Below are positions 20,858 through 30,126 of a DNA stretch of 64,000 bases, in pieces. The notes beneath the pieces were generated by a model. It ran no database searches. It saw nothing but the letters and a program-made list of their open reading frames with translations, and was not told the origin of the DNA. The stretch's first letter is position 1. The number at the start of each line of letters is the position of its first letter. A program made the position numbers and the translations under genes. This DNA is from Pirellulales bacterium (GTDB lineage: Bacteria; Planctomycetota; Planctomycetia; Pirellulales; PNKZ01), in NCBI GenBank assembly GCA_036272935.1, contig DATAXP010000075.1, forward strand, positions 87,085-151,084, given 5' to 3'.

Positions 20858-21139
20858 TCAAATCTCTCCCAACTGACGGCGATAGTCGTCGCGCTCGCGG
20901 CGGGTCGCTTCCAGGTCGAACATCAGGTACTTCATGTCGAGCCGCACTTGGCTGAGTGCGTCCTGCACCAGGTTCATGATCTTGCGGCGGCGCTGCGTCC
21001 CCTCGACGACGCGGCGCAACGCCGGTGCTAGCTGCTCGCGGATGGTTTCTGGGAGCGAATCGATCGACGCCTGCAACTGCACGACGTCGTAGGGGACTTC
21101 TTCGATTCCGGTCCGGGACGAACGGGACTCGGTATTCAT
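20858..21139 (-). CDS. Small hypothetical protein (93 aa), predicted coiled-coil
   Basis: Compact ORF immediately upstream of, and co-directional with, the methyltransferase. Heptad-like charged sequence (…DMKYLMFDLEATRRERDDYRRQLGEI). No recognisable family. Confidence 0.35.
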   Translation of the reverse strand: MNTESRSSRTGIEEVPYDVVQLQASIDSLPETIREQLAPALRRVVEGTQRRRKIMNLVQDALSQVRLDMKYLMFDLEATRRERDDYRRQLGEI

Positions 21140-21466
21140 CAGGCAACCTCGGGTGAACGCGACGAGTGACGGGTGACGAGCGATGCCATCTAAAGCAGAC
21201 GCGATGCCAGGACGGTCGTGGAGCTGAGTAGCGTCGTCGCAAGTCGAGCATTAACAATCACTTAAAGTCTTATCAGCACTCGCCGCTCTACGAGGCCCGC
21301 ATGTGGCGGTAATGCCACAACTCGTCTAGAGCAGGATCGCAAAGCCTGCTACAACTGCGGTTTACGTCGACTGTCGCCATCTAGCGCCCGGATGGGGTGT
21401 TTTGGCGACGCCAGGACCGCGAAATTCGTTCGCCGCATGCGTGGAGCAAAGGAAGGCTGCCAGAGC

Positions 21467-24364
21467 ATGGCTCGCGATGCGCCGCTGCCGGGTTGGCTGC
21501 GCGTGTTCGGTACCGGCTTGCTGCTGTTGGTCGTGGCTGATCGCTCGATCTTGGCTGCGCGACCGGCCGAAGCGGCGCTGCGCGACGGCTTCGAGACTCC
21601 CGAACCGGCATGGATCGACACGGGCGGCGATGCGCGCTATCGCATCGAAACGCAGGAACGCACGCGGGCCGGATGTCACAGCGGCGACGGCTGCGAATAC
21701 GTGCAGCTGCAAATGGTCGGCACCGCACGCAACGCCCTGCTGCGATACACGCTCGGCCGCGCTCCGGTGATTGCCGAAACGAAGGCGAGCCTCTGGGTCC
21801 GTGCCGATCGCCCGGGCACGCAGATCATGGCGCGCGTGGTCCTGCCGCGCGCCACCGATCCGGCAACGCACCAACCGATCTCGATCCTGCTGGCCGGCAC
21901 CGCCTACACCGAAGTGAACACCTGGCAGCAGCTCCGGCTCGACGATGTTGCCACGCTCGTCTCGCGACAAGCCTGGGTGCTCCGCGCCCAACAGCGCACC
22001 GAAATCGACACGCGTGAAGCGTTCATCGATTGTCTGCTGCTGAACGTGTACAGCGGTCCGGGACGGCTGGCGCTGTGGATCGACGATCTGGAGGTCGATG
22101 GCATCGTCGACGCCTCGGCTCCCGCCACGGGACCACCGGTCGCTGCCGCGAGTAGTTCCGGCGCAACGCTCGAGCGCCAGCGCCGTGCGACCGTCGAGTT
22201 CAACGGCAGCGTGTTGCTCGTCGAGGGGCGGCCGTTTTTTCCGCGCGCCATCGAGCACCATGGCGAACCGCTGCGTTGGCTTCGCGAGCGGGGCTTCAAC
22301 GCCGTGAAACTCACGGCCCCGCCGTCCGATGCAATGTTGACCGAGGCGGAGCGTGCCGGCATCTGGCTGGTCTGTCCGCCACCGCCGCTCGGCGGTGCCG
22401 CGCGTGCCCCCGGCGCGGTCGATCGCCCCGCAAACATTCCGGCGAAATACGATCGCGTGATTGCCTGGGACCTGGGAAGCGGCCTGGCGGCAGGCGATCA
22501 GGATGCGACCAAACGCGTCGGCGACCAGGTGCGGGCGGCCGATCCCTACACTGCGCGGCCCACGCTCTGCGCGCCGGAAGAAGAGCTGCACGCCTACAGT
22601 CGCCGGGCCGATATTCTGATGCTCGACCGTGAACCGTTGGGCACGACCTTCGAGCTGAACGACTACGGCACCTGGGTGCGCGAACGCTCGCGGCTGATGC
22701 GCCCCGGCACGCCGACCTGGGTGACCATTCAAACCGAGTTGGCCCCCGAGCTGCGCGAGCAGTTCAAGCTGCTGTCGGGCGATGCGCGCTGCGATGCCGG
22801 CGTCGATTCCGATCAGATGCGCGGCCTGGTGTACACGGCACTGGCGACCGGGGCGCGCGGCCTGTTGTTCCGCTCGCACGCACGGCTCGACGCCGACGAC
22901 GCCTGGACGCGCATGCGGGCCTCGTCGCTCGAACTGCTCAATCTCGAGCTGGAACTGCTCGAGCCGTGGACCGCCGTCGGCAGCCACGTCACCAACATCA
23001 CCAGCAGCAACTACGCCCCGCCGAAACCACCGCCGCCCGGGACCGCGGGACTGCGCACCGGCGACAAGCGCCAGTTGCTCAATCCACAGCAGCCGGTGAA
23101 CGCCGAGGTCAACGGCTTCGTGCTCCACACGGGCCGCGCTCGCTTGCTGTTGCCGATCTGGTCGGGGGGCGGCTCGCAGTTCGTCACCAGTCAATGGGCC
23201 GGCAACTACCTGTCGTTCGTGATCCCCGGTGTGCCCGAAGCGACCGATGTTTACGAAGTCACCTCGAGCGGCCTGCGACCGCCGTTCAAGAAGCACCGCG
23301 TGACCGGCGGCATCCGCGTGACGCTCGACGAGTTCGGCATGGCCGATACGGTTGTGCTCACGCAAGACCCGTTGGCGCTCGGCACCCTTTCGCGCCGGGC
23401 CGCTGAGTTGAGCCGCCGCTCGACCGAGCTGGAACGCGGCTTCGTCGCCGGCGAACTGCGGTACGTCACCGAGAACGAGAATCGGCTGGCCGTGATGGGG
23501 CACACCACGATCAAGACCAACGAATGGCTCGCCGCGGCCAACGCCGCCCTGGCACGCAGCGACGAGCGGATGGCGGCCAACGATCTGGCGGCCGCGTATC
23601 TCGAAGCCCGCCGTGCGCGGCGCCCGTTGCAGCGCATCGAGCGCGCCCAGTGGGAAGAGGGAATCAAGCCGTTGTTCTCGCCGCTGGCCGATCCGCTGGC
23701 CACGACCTACGTCACGTTGGCCGAGCATCACCGCTTCATGGCCACGGTGAACGAGGAACGCTGGGGACTGAACCTCCTACCTGCCGGCGACTTTGAGGAC
23801 ATCCAGGCGATGCAATCCTCCGGCTGGCAGCACTTGCAGAACCCGCGCGCCGGCATCAACAGCGAAGTCGAATTGTCGTCGCAAGCGAAGCGCGGCGGGC
23901 GCACCAGCCTGCGCATCGCGGCCCGGTCGGCCGGCGAGGAGCCAATGACCGGCATCATCGAAACGCCGCCGGTGTGGGTCGTCAGCGCGCCGGTCGAGGT
24001 GCGCGCGGGCCAATGGGTGCGCATCCGTGGCTGGGTGTTTGTCCCCAGCGCCATCACCGCCAGTCTCGACGGGCTGATGATCTACGATTCGCAAAACGGC
24101 ACGGCCCTGGCCGAGCGCGTTGGCCAGGCCGACGCTTGGCGGCAGTTCACCATGGTGCGCGCGATGCCGCGATCGGGGTCGGTGTCGGTCGTGTTCTCGA
24201 TGACCGGCCTGGGCGAAGCGTGGATCGATAACGTGATGATCGAACCGCTGCTGCCGACCGGCACGACGCGCAGCATGGAGCTGCGGCGGCGCGGTTTGCT
24301 CGTCGAACGATTGCCGACCGCGGTGCCGCAGGCGCAATCGGCGGCGACCAGCTCGTCGCGCTAA
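21467..24364 (+). CDS. Large secreted hypothetical protein (about 965 aa), possibly a glycoside-hydrolase-like multidomain protein
   Basis: I moved the start to the ATG at 21467 (MARDAPLPGWLRVFGTGLLLLVVADRSILAARPAEAA, signal/anchor). One segment (…VEGRPFFPRAIEHHGEPLRWLRERGFNAVKL…) resembles the first strands of a TIM-barrel glycosidase. No firm family. The 789-aa antisense ORF 21362..23731 is not credited. Confidence 0.55.
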   Translation: MARDAPLPGWLRVFGTGLLLLVVADRSILAARPAEAALRDGFETPEPAWIDTGGDARYRIETQERTRAGCHSGDGCEYVQLQMVGTARNALLRYTLGRAPVIAETKASLWVRADRPGTQIMARVVLPRATDPATHQPISILLAGTAYTEVNTWQQLRLDDVATLVSRQAWVLRAQQRTEIDTREAFIDCLLLNVYSGPGRLALWIDDLEVDGIVDASAPATGPPVAAASSSGATLERQRRATVEFNGSVLLVEGRPFFPRAIEHHGEPLRWLRERGFNAVKLTAPPSDAMLTEAERAGIWLVCPPPPLGGAARAPGAVDRPANIPAKYDRVIAWDLGSGLAAGDQDATKRVGDQVRAADPYTARPTLCAPEEELHAYSRRADILMLDREPLGTTFELNDYGTWVRERSRLMRPGTPTWVTIQTELAPELREQFKLLSGDARCDAGVDSDQMRGLVYTALATGARGLLFRSHARLDADDAWTRMRASSLELLNLELELLEPWTAVGSHVTNITSSNYAPPKPPPPGTAGLRTGDKRQLLNPQQPVNAEVNGFVLHTGRARLLLPIWSGGGSQFVTSQWAGNYLSFVIPGVPEATDVYEVTSSGLRPPFKKHRVTGGIRVTLDEFGMADTVVLTQDPLALGTLSRRAAELSRRSTELERGFVAGELRYVTENENRLAVMGHTTIKTNEWLAAANAALARSDERMAANDLAAAYLEARRARRPLQRIERAQWEEGIKPLFSPLADPLATTYVTLAEHHRFMATVNEERWGLNLLPAGDFEDIQAMQSSGWQHLQNPRAGINSEVELSSQAKRGGRTSLRIAARSAGEEPMTGIIETPPVWVVSAPVEVRAGQWVRIRGWVFVPSAITASLDGLMIYDSQNGTALAERVGQADAWRQFTMVRAMPRSGSVSVVFSMTGLGEAWIDNVMIEPLLPTGTTRSMELRRRGLLVERLPTAVPQAQSAATSSSR

Positions 24365-24432
24365 GCATCCGGTGGCCTGCGAAGCATTTGCACTTCGCTA
24401 GCACCGCGGCAAGAAGAATCGAAAAAGCGGCC

Positions 24433-24685
24433 TTGACCCCTGAAACCAGTTTCCATATTCTCCCGCCTCACGAGTCGGACGGCCGGAGCAGCGGCCGACT
24501 CGCACAAGACACTTCGAGCCACGTGGAGGGTCCGCATCGGAGCTTTCGAATAGATCGTTCTGCGGACCGCGAAGCGATCGTGCTCTCGGCAAGGAAGCCG
24601 GCGGCACGCTTCGTCCAATCGCTCCCGGAAACGGACTGCGTCCTTTGCCCCCCTGGGACGCGTTCTTTCCGGGGGCTTTTTTTTG
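24433..24685 (+). ncRNA. Candidate small RNA: a sigma70-like promoter, about 215 nt of structured sequence, then a strong intrinsic terminator
   Basis: -35 TTGACC (24433-24438), a 17-nt spacer, then -10 TATTCT (24456-24461). Internal stems (gagtcgg…ccgactc; cggcc…ggccg). A GNRA loop followed by GGAAGC (ctcgGCAAGGAAGCCGG) that weakly recalls SRP-RNA helix 8. Terminator: gcccccctggg…ccgggggc followed by T8 (24677-24684). It lies about 185 nt upstream of the next CDS start, so a riboswitch is less likely than an independent sRNA. Confidence 0.3.
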
Positions 24686-24871
24686 CGCTCAGCGACGCGC
24701 CGCCGGGCGACTTGCGAACCGGCACGAAAATGCTTCCCCGGCAATAGACGGTCGGTTACAATCGAACGGTAGTCGATCGCCTTCCCGCCGCTGGATTGAT
24801 TGCTCGCCCTCGCCTTGGCTTGTCCCGCCTCGACCGGCTCGTCGGTTTCCCCGGCGTCGCACGCGCTAGCC

Positions 24872-26116
24872 ATGAATCGCATCGTCTGCCTCTGTTGTTT
24901 GATCGTCTCTGTAATTCCCGCGATCGGGAGCGCGCAGTCGCCGTTGGCTTCGGCGGTGCAGTCGATCGTCGATCAGCGGATCGCGCCAGGGATCGTCGTG
25001 CTGGTGGCTGACAAGGACGGCACGCTTGCGACGGTGACAGCTGGCTTTGCCAGCCTTGCCGAAAAGACGCCGATGCGCCCCGATGCCGTGTTCTGGATCG
25101 CCTCGATGAGCAAGTCGCTCACCGGCACAGCGCTGATGATGCTCGTTGACGAAAGGCGCGTGAGCCTCGACGATCCGGTCGAGAAATACTTGCCCGAGTT
25201 TCATGGGCAGCTGGTCGAACAGGCCGATCAATCGCCACATCCGCCGCGGCACCCGATTACGGTGCGCGAAGTGATGAATCACACCAGCGGCATGGTGTTG
25301 GCCAACGATAAGTCGCTCACGCGCATGCACTCGCTCAAGGACGACGTCGCTCAGGCGGCGGCTCGACCGCTGCGGCAGGAGCCCGGCACGAAGTACGAGT
25401 ACAACAACTGCGGCATCAACACCGGCGGGCGGATCATCGAAGTGGTCAGCGGCATGCCCTACGCCGAGTTCATGCAGCAACGGCTGTTCGATCCGTTGGG
25501 GATGCACGACACGACTTGTTGGCCGAACGAAGAACAGGCGTCACGCCTCGCGCACACCGCGCGCTCGACCGAAGATAAGCGCGATCTAGTCGAGATCAAG
25601 CAAGACAAAGATGTGAGCCCCGAGGTGATTGCCAAGTGGAGCGAAGGAGTGCCGGTGCCGGCTGCGGTCACGGCCGAGATGGGGGCCGGGATCGCGATGG
25701 ACTACGCGCATCGTTATGCGATGCCTGCCGGCGGGTACTTCTCGGCGGCGCACGACATCGGCCGCTTCTGCCGCATGGTGTTGCGCGGCGGCGAGCTCGA
25801 CGGCCGGCGTTATTTATCCAAGCAGGCGGTCCGTACGATGTCCGCCGTTCAAACGGGCGATGTGAAAGTTGCGCCTGACGCGGCCTACGGTGTCGGCTGG
25901 CTGGTGAAGCTGAACGACGAAGAAGGGCCCGCGCCCAGCAGCTTCGGCCATCGCGGTGCTCGGCGGACGGCGATGTGGATCGATCCACGCCATGAGCTGG
26001 CGATGGTGATCCTCGTCGAGCGGTTCGACATGCCCGGCGATCAGCAAAAGGTGATGTACGGCGACGTAATGCGCGCCGCGATCGAGCAGTACGGGGCCTC
26101 GGCATCCACGCAGTAA
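24872..26116 (+). CDS. Beta-lactamase-family serine hydrolase (class C/EstB-like esterase or PBP-like), secreted
   Basis: Start moved to the ATG at 24872 (MNRIVCLCCLIVSVIPAIGSAQS, signal peptide). SxxK motif (IASMSKSLTG), a YxN-like motif (…YEYNNCG…) and a downstream HxG/KTG-like region (…GHRGARRTAMWIDP…). Confidence 0.8.
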   Translation: MNRIVCLCCLIVSVIPAIGSAQSPLASAVQSIVDQRIAPGIVVLVADKDGTLATVTAGFASLAEKTPMRPDAVFWIASMSKSLTGTALMMLVDERRVSLDDPVEKYLPEFHGQLVEQADQSPHPPRHPITVREVMNHTSGMVLANDKSLTRMHSLKDDVAQAAARPLRQEPGTKYEYNNCGINTGGRIIEVVSGMPYAEFMQQRLFDPLGMHDTTCWPNEEQASRLAHTARSTEDKRDLVEIKQDKDVSPEVIAKWSEGVPVPAAVTAEMGAGIAMDYAHRYAMPAGGYFSAAHDIGRFCRMVLRGGELDGRRYLSKQAVRTMSAVQTGDVKVAPDAAYGVGWLVKLNDEEGPAPSSFGHRGARRTAMWIDPRHELAMVILVERFDMPGDQQKVMYGDVMRAAIEQYGASASTQ

Positions 26117-26143
26117 GCGGCGCAGCCAGGGAGACCAACGACC

Positions 26144-27436
26144 ATGGCCATCAAGCAATTCAATCGTCGTCACTTTCTGCGGGCGACCGGAACGGTCGTC
26201 GCGCTGCCTGCCCTGGAATCGATCGGTTTCCGGCGCTTTGCCTCGGCGGCCACGCTAACCGCGGCGCGACCGAAGCGCGCGGTGTTCCTTGGCTTCGGCT
26301 GGGGCGTGACCGAAGAAACCTGGATGCCCGATAAGAAGGTTAGTGGCTCCGCCTACGAGCTTCCTGCGGGGCTCGCGCCGCTCGAGCGTCACAAGGCCGA
26401 CTTTACCGTCGTGCAAGGGCTCACAAATAAGTTCGCCAACGAAGCGCACTGGGGGAGCACGTTCTGGCTCACCGGCGCGAATCGCTACGCCGAGCCTGGG
26501 CAAAGTTTTCACAACAGCGTCTCGGCCGACCAGATAGTCGCCGAGCGACTTGGCTCCGACACGCGATTCGCTTCGATCCAGTTGAGCTGCCCTGACGGCG
26601 TGGCCAACGGTCATGGCCCGGGCCTGTCGCTGGCTTGGGACGGGCGGGGCAAGCCGCTGGCTGGCATGGAGAATCCCGTCGCTGCGTATCATCGCATGTT
26701 CTCGGACGACACCGTGCCGCTTGCCGATCGCCAAGCCCTGCTCGCCGAGAAGCGCAGCGTGCTCGACGCCGTACTAGTCGACGCGCGGCGCGTGCAGCGC
26801 GACCTCAACCGCACGGATACCGACAAGCTCGACGAATACTTTCAAAGCGTCCGCGATATTGAAACCCGCTTGGCCAAAGATGAGCAGTGGCTCGCCGTCC
26901 CCAAGCCCAAAACTTCCTTCTCCGAGCCGAAGCCGGGACTGGCGGGTCGTGACGAGATTGCGCTGATGTACGACCTGATCGTCGCCGCGCTTCAGACCGA
27001 CGCCACGCGGGTCGCCACCTACCGGCAGCCGGTCGGCTCGCTGCTGGGCAGCTTAGGTTTGAAGATCGCCGCCCACGACATGACTCACTACACCACGGGC
27101 GAGCGGCTCGAGGCGTCGCAGCAGCGCGACGTGGCCCAGAGCGAATTGCTGGCCGGCCTGCTCGACAAGCTGAAGGCGACCAAGGAACCCGACGGCAGCT
27201 CGCTGCTCGACCACACGGTGGTGGCCTACGGCAGCAACATTCGCACGGTTCACTATCTCGACAACTGCCCAATGCTCTTCGCCGGCCGCGGTGCCGGGCT
27301 GAAGCTGGGCCAGCACGTGGTGCTCGCGCACCATACGCCGCTGTGCAACGCTTGGCTGACGATGCTGCATGGTTTGGGAATCGAGGCTGAGCGTCACGGC
27401 GACAGCACCGGGGTGGTGAAGGAATTGCAGGGATGA
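26144..27436 (+). CDS. DUF1501 (sulfatase-like) domain protein with a Tat signal
   Basis: Twin-arginine motif (NRRHFLRATGTVVALPAL) and the DUF1501 conserved core. Its stop overlaps the next gene's ATG (ATGA at 27433-27436). Confidence 0.85.
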   Translation: MAIKQFNRRHFLRATGTVVALPALESIGFRRFASAATLTAARPKRAVFLGFGWGVTEETWMPDKKVSGSAYELPAGLAPLERHKADFTVVQGLTNKFANEAHWGSTFWLTGANRYAEPGQSFHNSVSADQIVAERLGSDTRFASIQLSCPDGVANGHGPGLSLAWDGRGKPLAGMENPVAAYHRMFSDDTVPLADRQALLAEKRSVLDAVLVDARRVQRDLNRTDTDKLDEYFQSVRDIETRLAKDEQWLAVPKPKTSFSEPKPGLAGRDEIALMYDLIVAALQTDATRVATYRQPVGSLLGSLGLKIAAHDMTHYTTGERLEASQQRDVAQSELLAGLLDKLKATKEPDGSSLLDHTVVAYGSNIRTVHYLDNCPMLFAGRGAGLKLGQHVVLAHHTPLCNAWLTMLHGLGIEAERHGDSTGVVKELQG

Positions 27437-30078
27437 GACCGAGCTGCTTCCTCGTTTGCATTCTGCTTTGCTGCTGCGAGGCGCAGGCCGGCGAGCCCGC
27501 AAGCGCCCGGCTCGACGATGCGCAGCGAGCGTTCTTCACCGCCTACTGCACCGACTGCCACGGTGCCGACACGCAGGAAGGCAAGTTGCGGCTCGATAAC
27601 ATCTCGCTGGCGATCGAAACGGTCGAGCAGGCCGATCGCTGGCAGAAGATTCTCAACCAGCTCAACTCGGGCGAAATGCCGCCGGAGGATGCGACGCAAC
27701 CCGAGCCGGCGCGCAAGACGGAGTTTCTCGATGCTCTGTCGCGCACGCTCGCCCTGGCGCGCAAGATCATCGGCGACCAGGGAGGCCGTATCGCACTGCG
27801 CCGCTTGAACCAGCGCGAGTACCGCAACACGCTGCGTGACTTGCTCGGCGTGGAAGTCGATACCCGCGACCTGCCCAGCGATAGCGGCACCGGCACGTTC
27901 GACACCGTCGGCGCGTCGCTATACATGTCGAGCGATCAGATCGAGCAATACCTTGCGCTGGGTCGCAGTGCGCTCGATGAGTACTTCACGCGCGCCGCTG
28001 CACATGAACATAAGACTTTCAAAGCCCGCGAAGAGGCCGAGATCGTCGGCAACAGGCGGATGAACAACCTTTACAAGGACACGAAAGCAGCGCACGACAA
28101 CTACGTGCGCTGGACGGCGGCGGTCGACGAGGCCGCCAAGCGATCCGAGAACGTCGCGACCGCCGAGCGGCTGCGGAAGCAGACCGAGAAACCGCGTCCC
28201 TCCTCCGGAGTGCCGTACGCGACACCGATGCATTTCTATCTCGACTGGGACCAGATTGCCGGCGCCCCGTCGCCGACCGAATTTGGCTTTCAGGACGCGC
28301 AGAAGGCGTTCTTCGACGAGACGCAGTACCGGAATCACTTCGTGTACTACGACGACTATCAGAAGCTTCCAGCCCGCGAAACCGGTGCGTGGCTGCTGTT
28401 CTACCAGGCGTACCGCGAGACGTACGTCTCGGCCGGGGAAAAATGGCCAACCGGTCGCTACACGCTGCGGATGCGTGTCGCCGCCAACGATGCCGCTAAC
28501 CGCGAGCGGCGCTTCGTCGAGATCGGCCAGCGCGGCGACGACCCCAGCGATTTCAGCGTGCTCGGCGCCTGCCAGGTCACCGGCACGCTCGCCGAGCCGC
28601 AAACGATCGAGTTTCCGGTCGAAGTGCGCAGCAGCGCGAAGCGCGAGTTTGCCGTCCGCGAGAAGCGGCCCAATTCGCGAAAAGCCGAGATCCGCAGCTA
28701 CCACGACGAGCTCGAAAAGACCGGCCGCGGACCAGTGCCGGCGATCTGGATCGATTGGTTCGAGATCGAAGGTCCGGCGAAGGCGCCCATCGCTGCGGCG
28801 GTATCGCTCGTTGCCGAGTCGCACGATGCGGCCGCCGCGCGTGACGTGATCCAGCGGTTTGCCACGCGCGCGTTCCGTGGCCGAGCGCCGTCGGCTGATT
28901 ATCTCGATCGCCTCGTGGCGTTGTTTGAAGCCCGCCGCGGCCACGGCGACTCGTTCGACGAAGCGATCAAGGAGCCGCTCGGCGTGGTGCTCGCGTCGCC
29001 GAGCTTTCTGTACTTGCTCGAACCGTCGCCCGGCGACGAGCATCGCCGGCTCGACAGCCTCGAGCTTGCTTCGCGCCTGGCCTATTTCTTGTGGAGCAGC
29101 CCGCCCGACGACGAGTTGTTGGCGCTTGCGCGCAGCGGCGAGTTGCAGCAGACCGAGGTGCTTGCCACGCAGGTTGATCGCATGATCGCCGACGAGCGGT
29201 CGTGGCAATTCGTGCGCGGGTTCACGCACCAGTGGCTCGGCATGGACCGGCTCGACTTCTTTCAATTCGACTTCAAGCTCCATCGCGGCTTCGATGACAG
29301 CACCAAGGCAGCGGCGCGCGAAGAGGTATTTCAAACTGTGGCCTGCCTGCTGCGCGACGACCTGAGCCTGCGCTCATTGTTGAAGTCGGACTTCGTGATC
29401 GTCAACAGCTTGTTGGCCACTTATTACGGTCTCGACGGCGTGCGCGGCGATGCGTTCCGCAAAGTATCGCTGCCGGCCGATTCGCCCCGCGGCGGCTTGC
29501 TGGGGATGGCGGCGATCCTGGCGATGGGGAGCAACGGTCAATGCACCAGCCCCGTCGAACGCGGCGCCTGGGTGCTGCGCAAGCTGCTCAACGATCCGCC
29601 GCCTCCTGCGCCGCCGAACGTTCCGCAGCTTGCGCGGCTCGAAGGCAAGTTGCTCGACGTGCGCGAGCGTCTGCGCGCCCACCAGGAGCAGCCGCAGTGC
29701 GCGAACTGCCATCGCAAGATTGACCCGATCGGCTTCGGCCTGGAGAACTTCGACGCCGCGGGCCGGTGGCGCACCGAGGATATGTATCAGCTTAAGGGGG
29801 GCGCTAAGAAAACCTGGACGATCGACGCCGCCGCTACCTTCCACAAGGGACCGGCGTTCAAGAACTACTTCGACCTGCGCGACATTGTCGCCTCGAAGTC
29901 CGATGCCTTCGCCCGCGGCTTCACCGAAGCGCTGGTCGAATATGCCCTCGGCCGACCATGCGGATTTATCGATGAAGAACTCGTTGCAGACGTTTTGAGC
30001 CAGGCCCGCCGGCAAGACTTCGCGATGCGCAGCTTTATCCAAGCGCTCGTTGCCAGCGATACGTTTCAGTCGAAGTGA
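27433..30078 (+). CDS. Planctomycete cytochrome-c-like PSCyt/DUF1549/DUF1553 (PSD1) family protein
   Basis: 881 aa with a signal peptide and a CxxCH haem-binding motif (YCTDCHGAD). The typical DUF1549/DUF1553 conserved blocks are present, with a C-terminal …CANCHRKIDPIGFGLENFD…. It is paired with the DUF1501 gene upstream; the usual gene order in planctomycetes is the reverse. Confidence 0.85.
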   Translation: MRPSCFLVCILLCCCEAQAGEPASARLDDAQRAFFTAYCTDCHGADTQEGKLRLDNISLAIETVEQADRWQKILNQLNSGEMPPEDATQPEPARKTEFLDALSRTLALARKIIGDQGGRIALRRLNQREYRNTLRDLLGVEVDTRDLPSDSGTGTFDTVGASLYMSSDQIEQYLALGRSALDEYFTRAAAHEHKTFKAREEAEIVGNRRMNNLYKDTKAAHDNYVRWTAAVDEAAKRSENVATAERLRKQTEKPRPSSGVPYATPMHFYLDWDQIAGAPSPTEFGFQDAQKAFFDETQYRNHFVYYDDYQKLPARETGAWLLFYQAYRETYVSAGEKWPTGRYTLRMRVAANDAANRERRFVEIGQRGDDPSDFSVLGACQVTGTLAEPQTIEFPVEVRSSAKREFAVREKRPNSRKAEIRSYHDELEKTGRGPVPAIWIDWFEIEGPAKAPIAAAVSLVAESHDAAAARDVIQRFATRAFRGRAPSADYLDRLVALFEARRGHGDSFDEAIKEPLGVVLASPSFLYLLEPSPGDEHRRLDSLELASRLAYFLWSSPPDDELLALARSGELQQTEVLATQVDRMIADERSWQFVRGFTHQWLGMDRLDFFQFDFKLHRGFDDSTKAAAREEVFQTVACLLRDDLSLRSLLKSDFVIVNSLLATYYGLDGVRGDAFRKVSLPADSPRGGLLGMAAILAMGSNGQCTSPVERGAWVLRKLLNDPPPPAPPNVPQLARLEGKLLDVRERLRAHQEQPQCANCHRKIDPIGFGLENFDAAGRWRTEDMYQLKGGAKKTWTIDAAATFHKGPAFKNYFDLRDIVASKSDAFARGFTEALVEYALGRPCGFIDEELVADVLSQARRQDFAMRSFIQALVASDTFQSK

Positions 30079-30126
30079 CCGCCGCGCGGATCGTTCGCCT
30101 TTACGGCGCTGCGCGGCTGGGCACGA

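Noticed and set aside
21362-23731. 789-aa minus-strand ORF opposite the large secreted protein gene
   Set aside because: Arg/Gly/Pro-rich low-complexity translation. It lies antisense to a plus-strand ORF with a signal peptide and glycosidase-like blocks, a typical long spurious ORF in high-GC DNA.
24388-24747. 119-aa plus-strand ORF spanning the candidate sRNA region
   Set aside because: It begins upstream of the predicted promoter and reads through the intrinsic terminator, and its composition is low-complexity. More likely non-coding.
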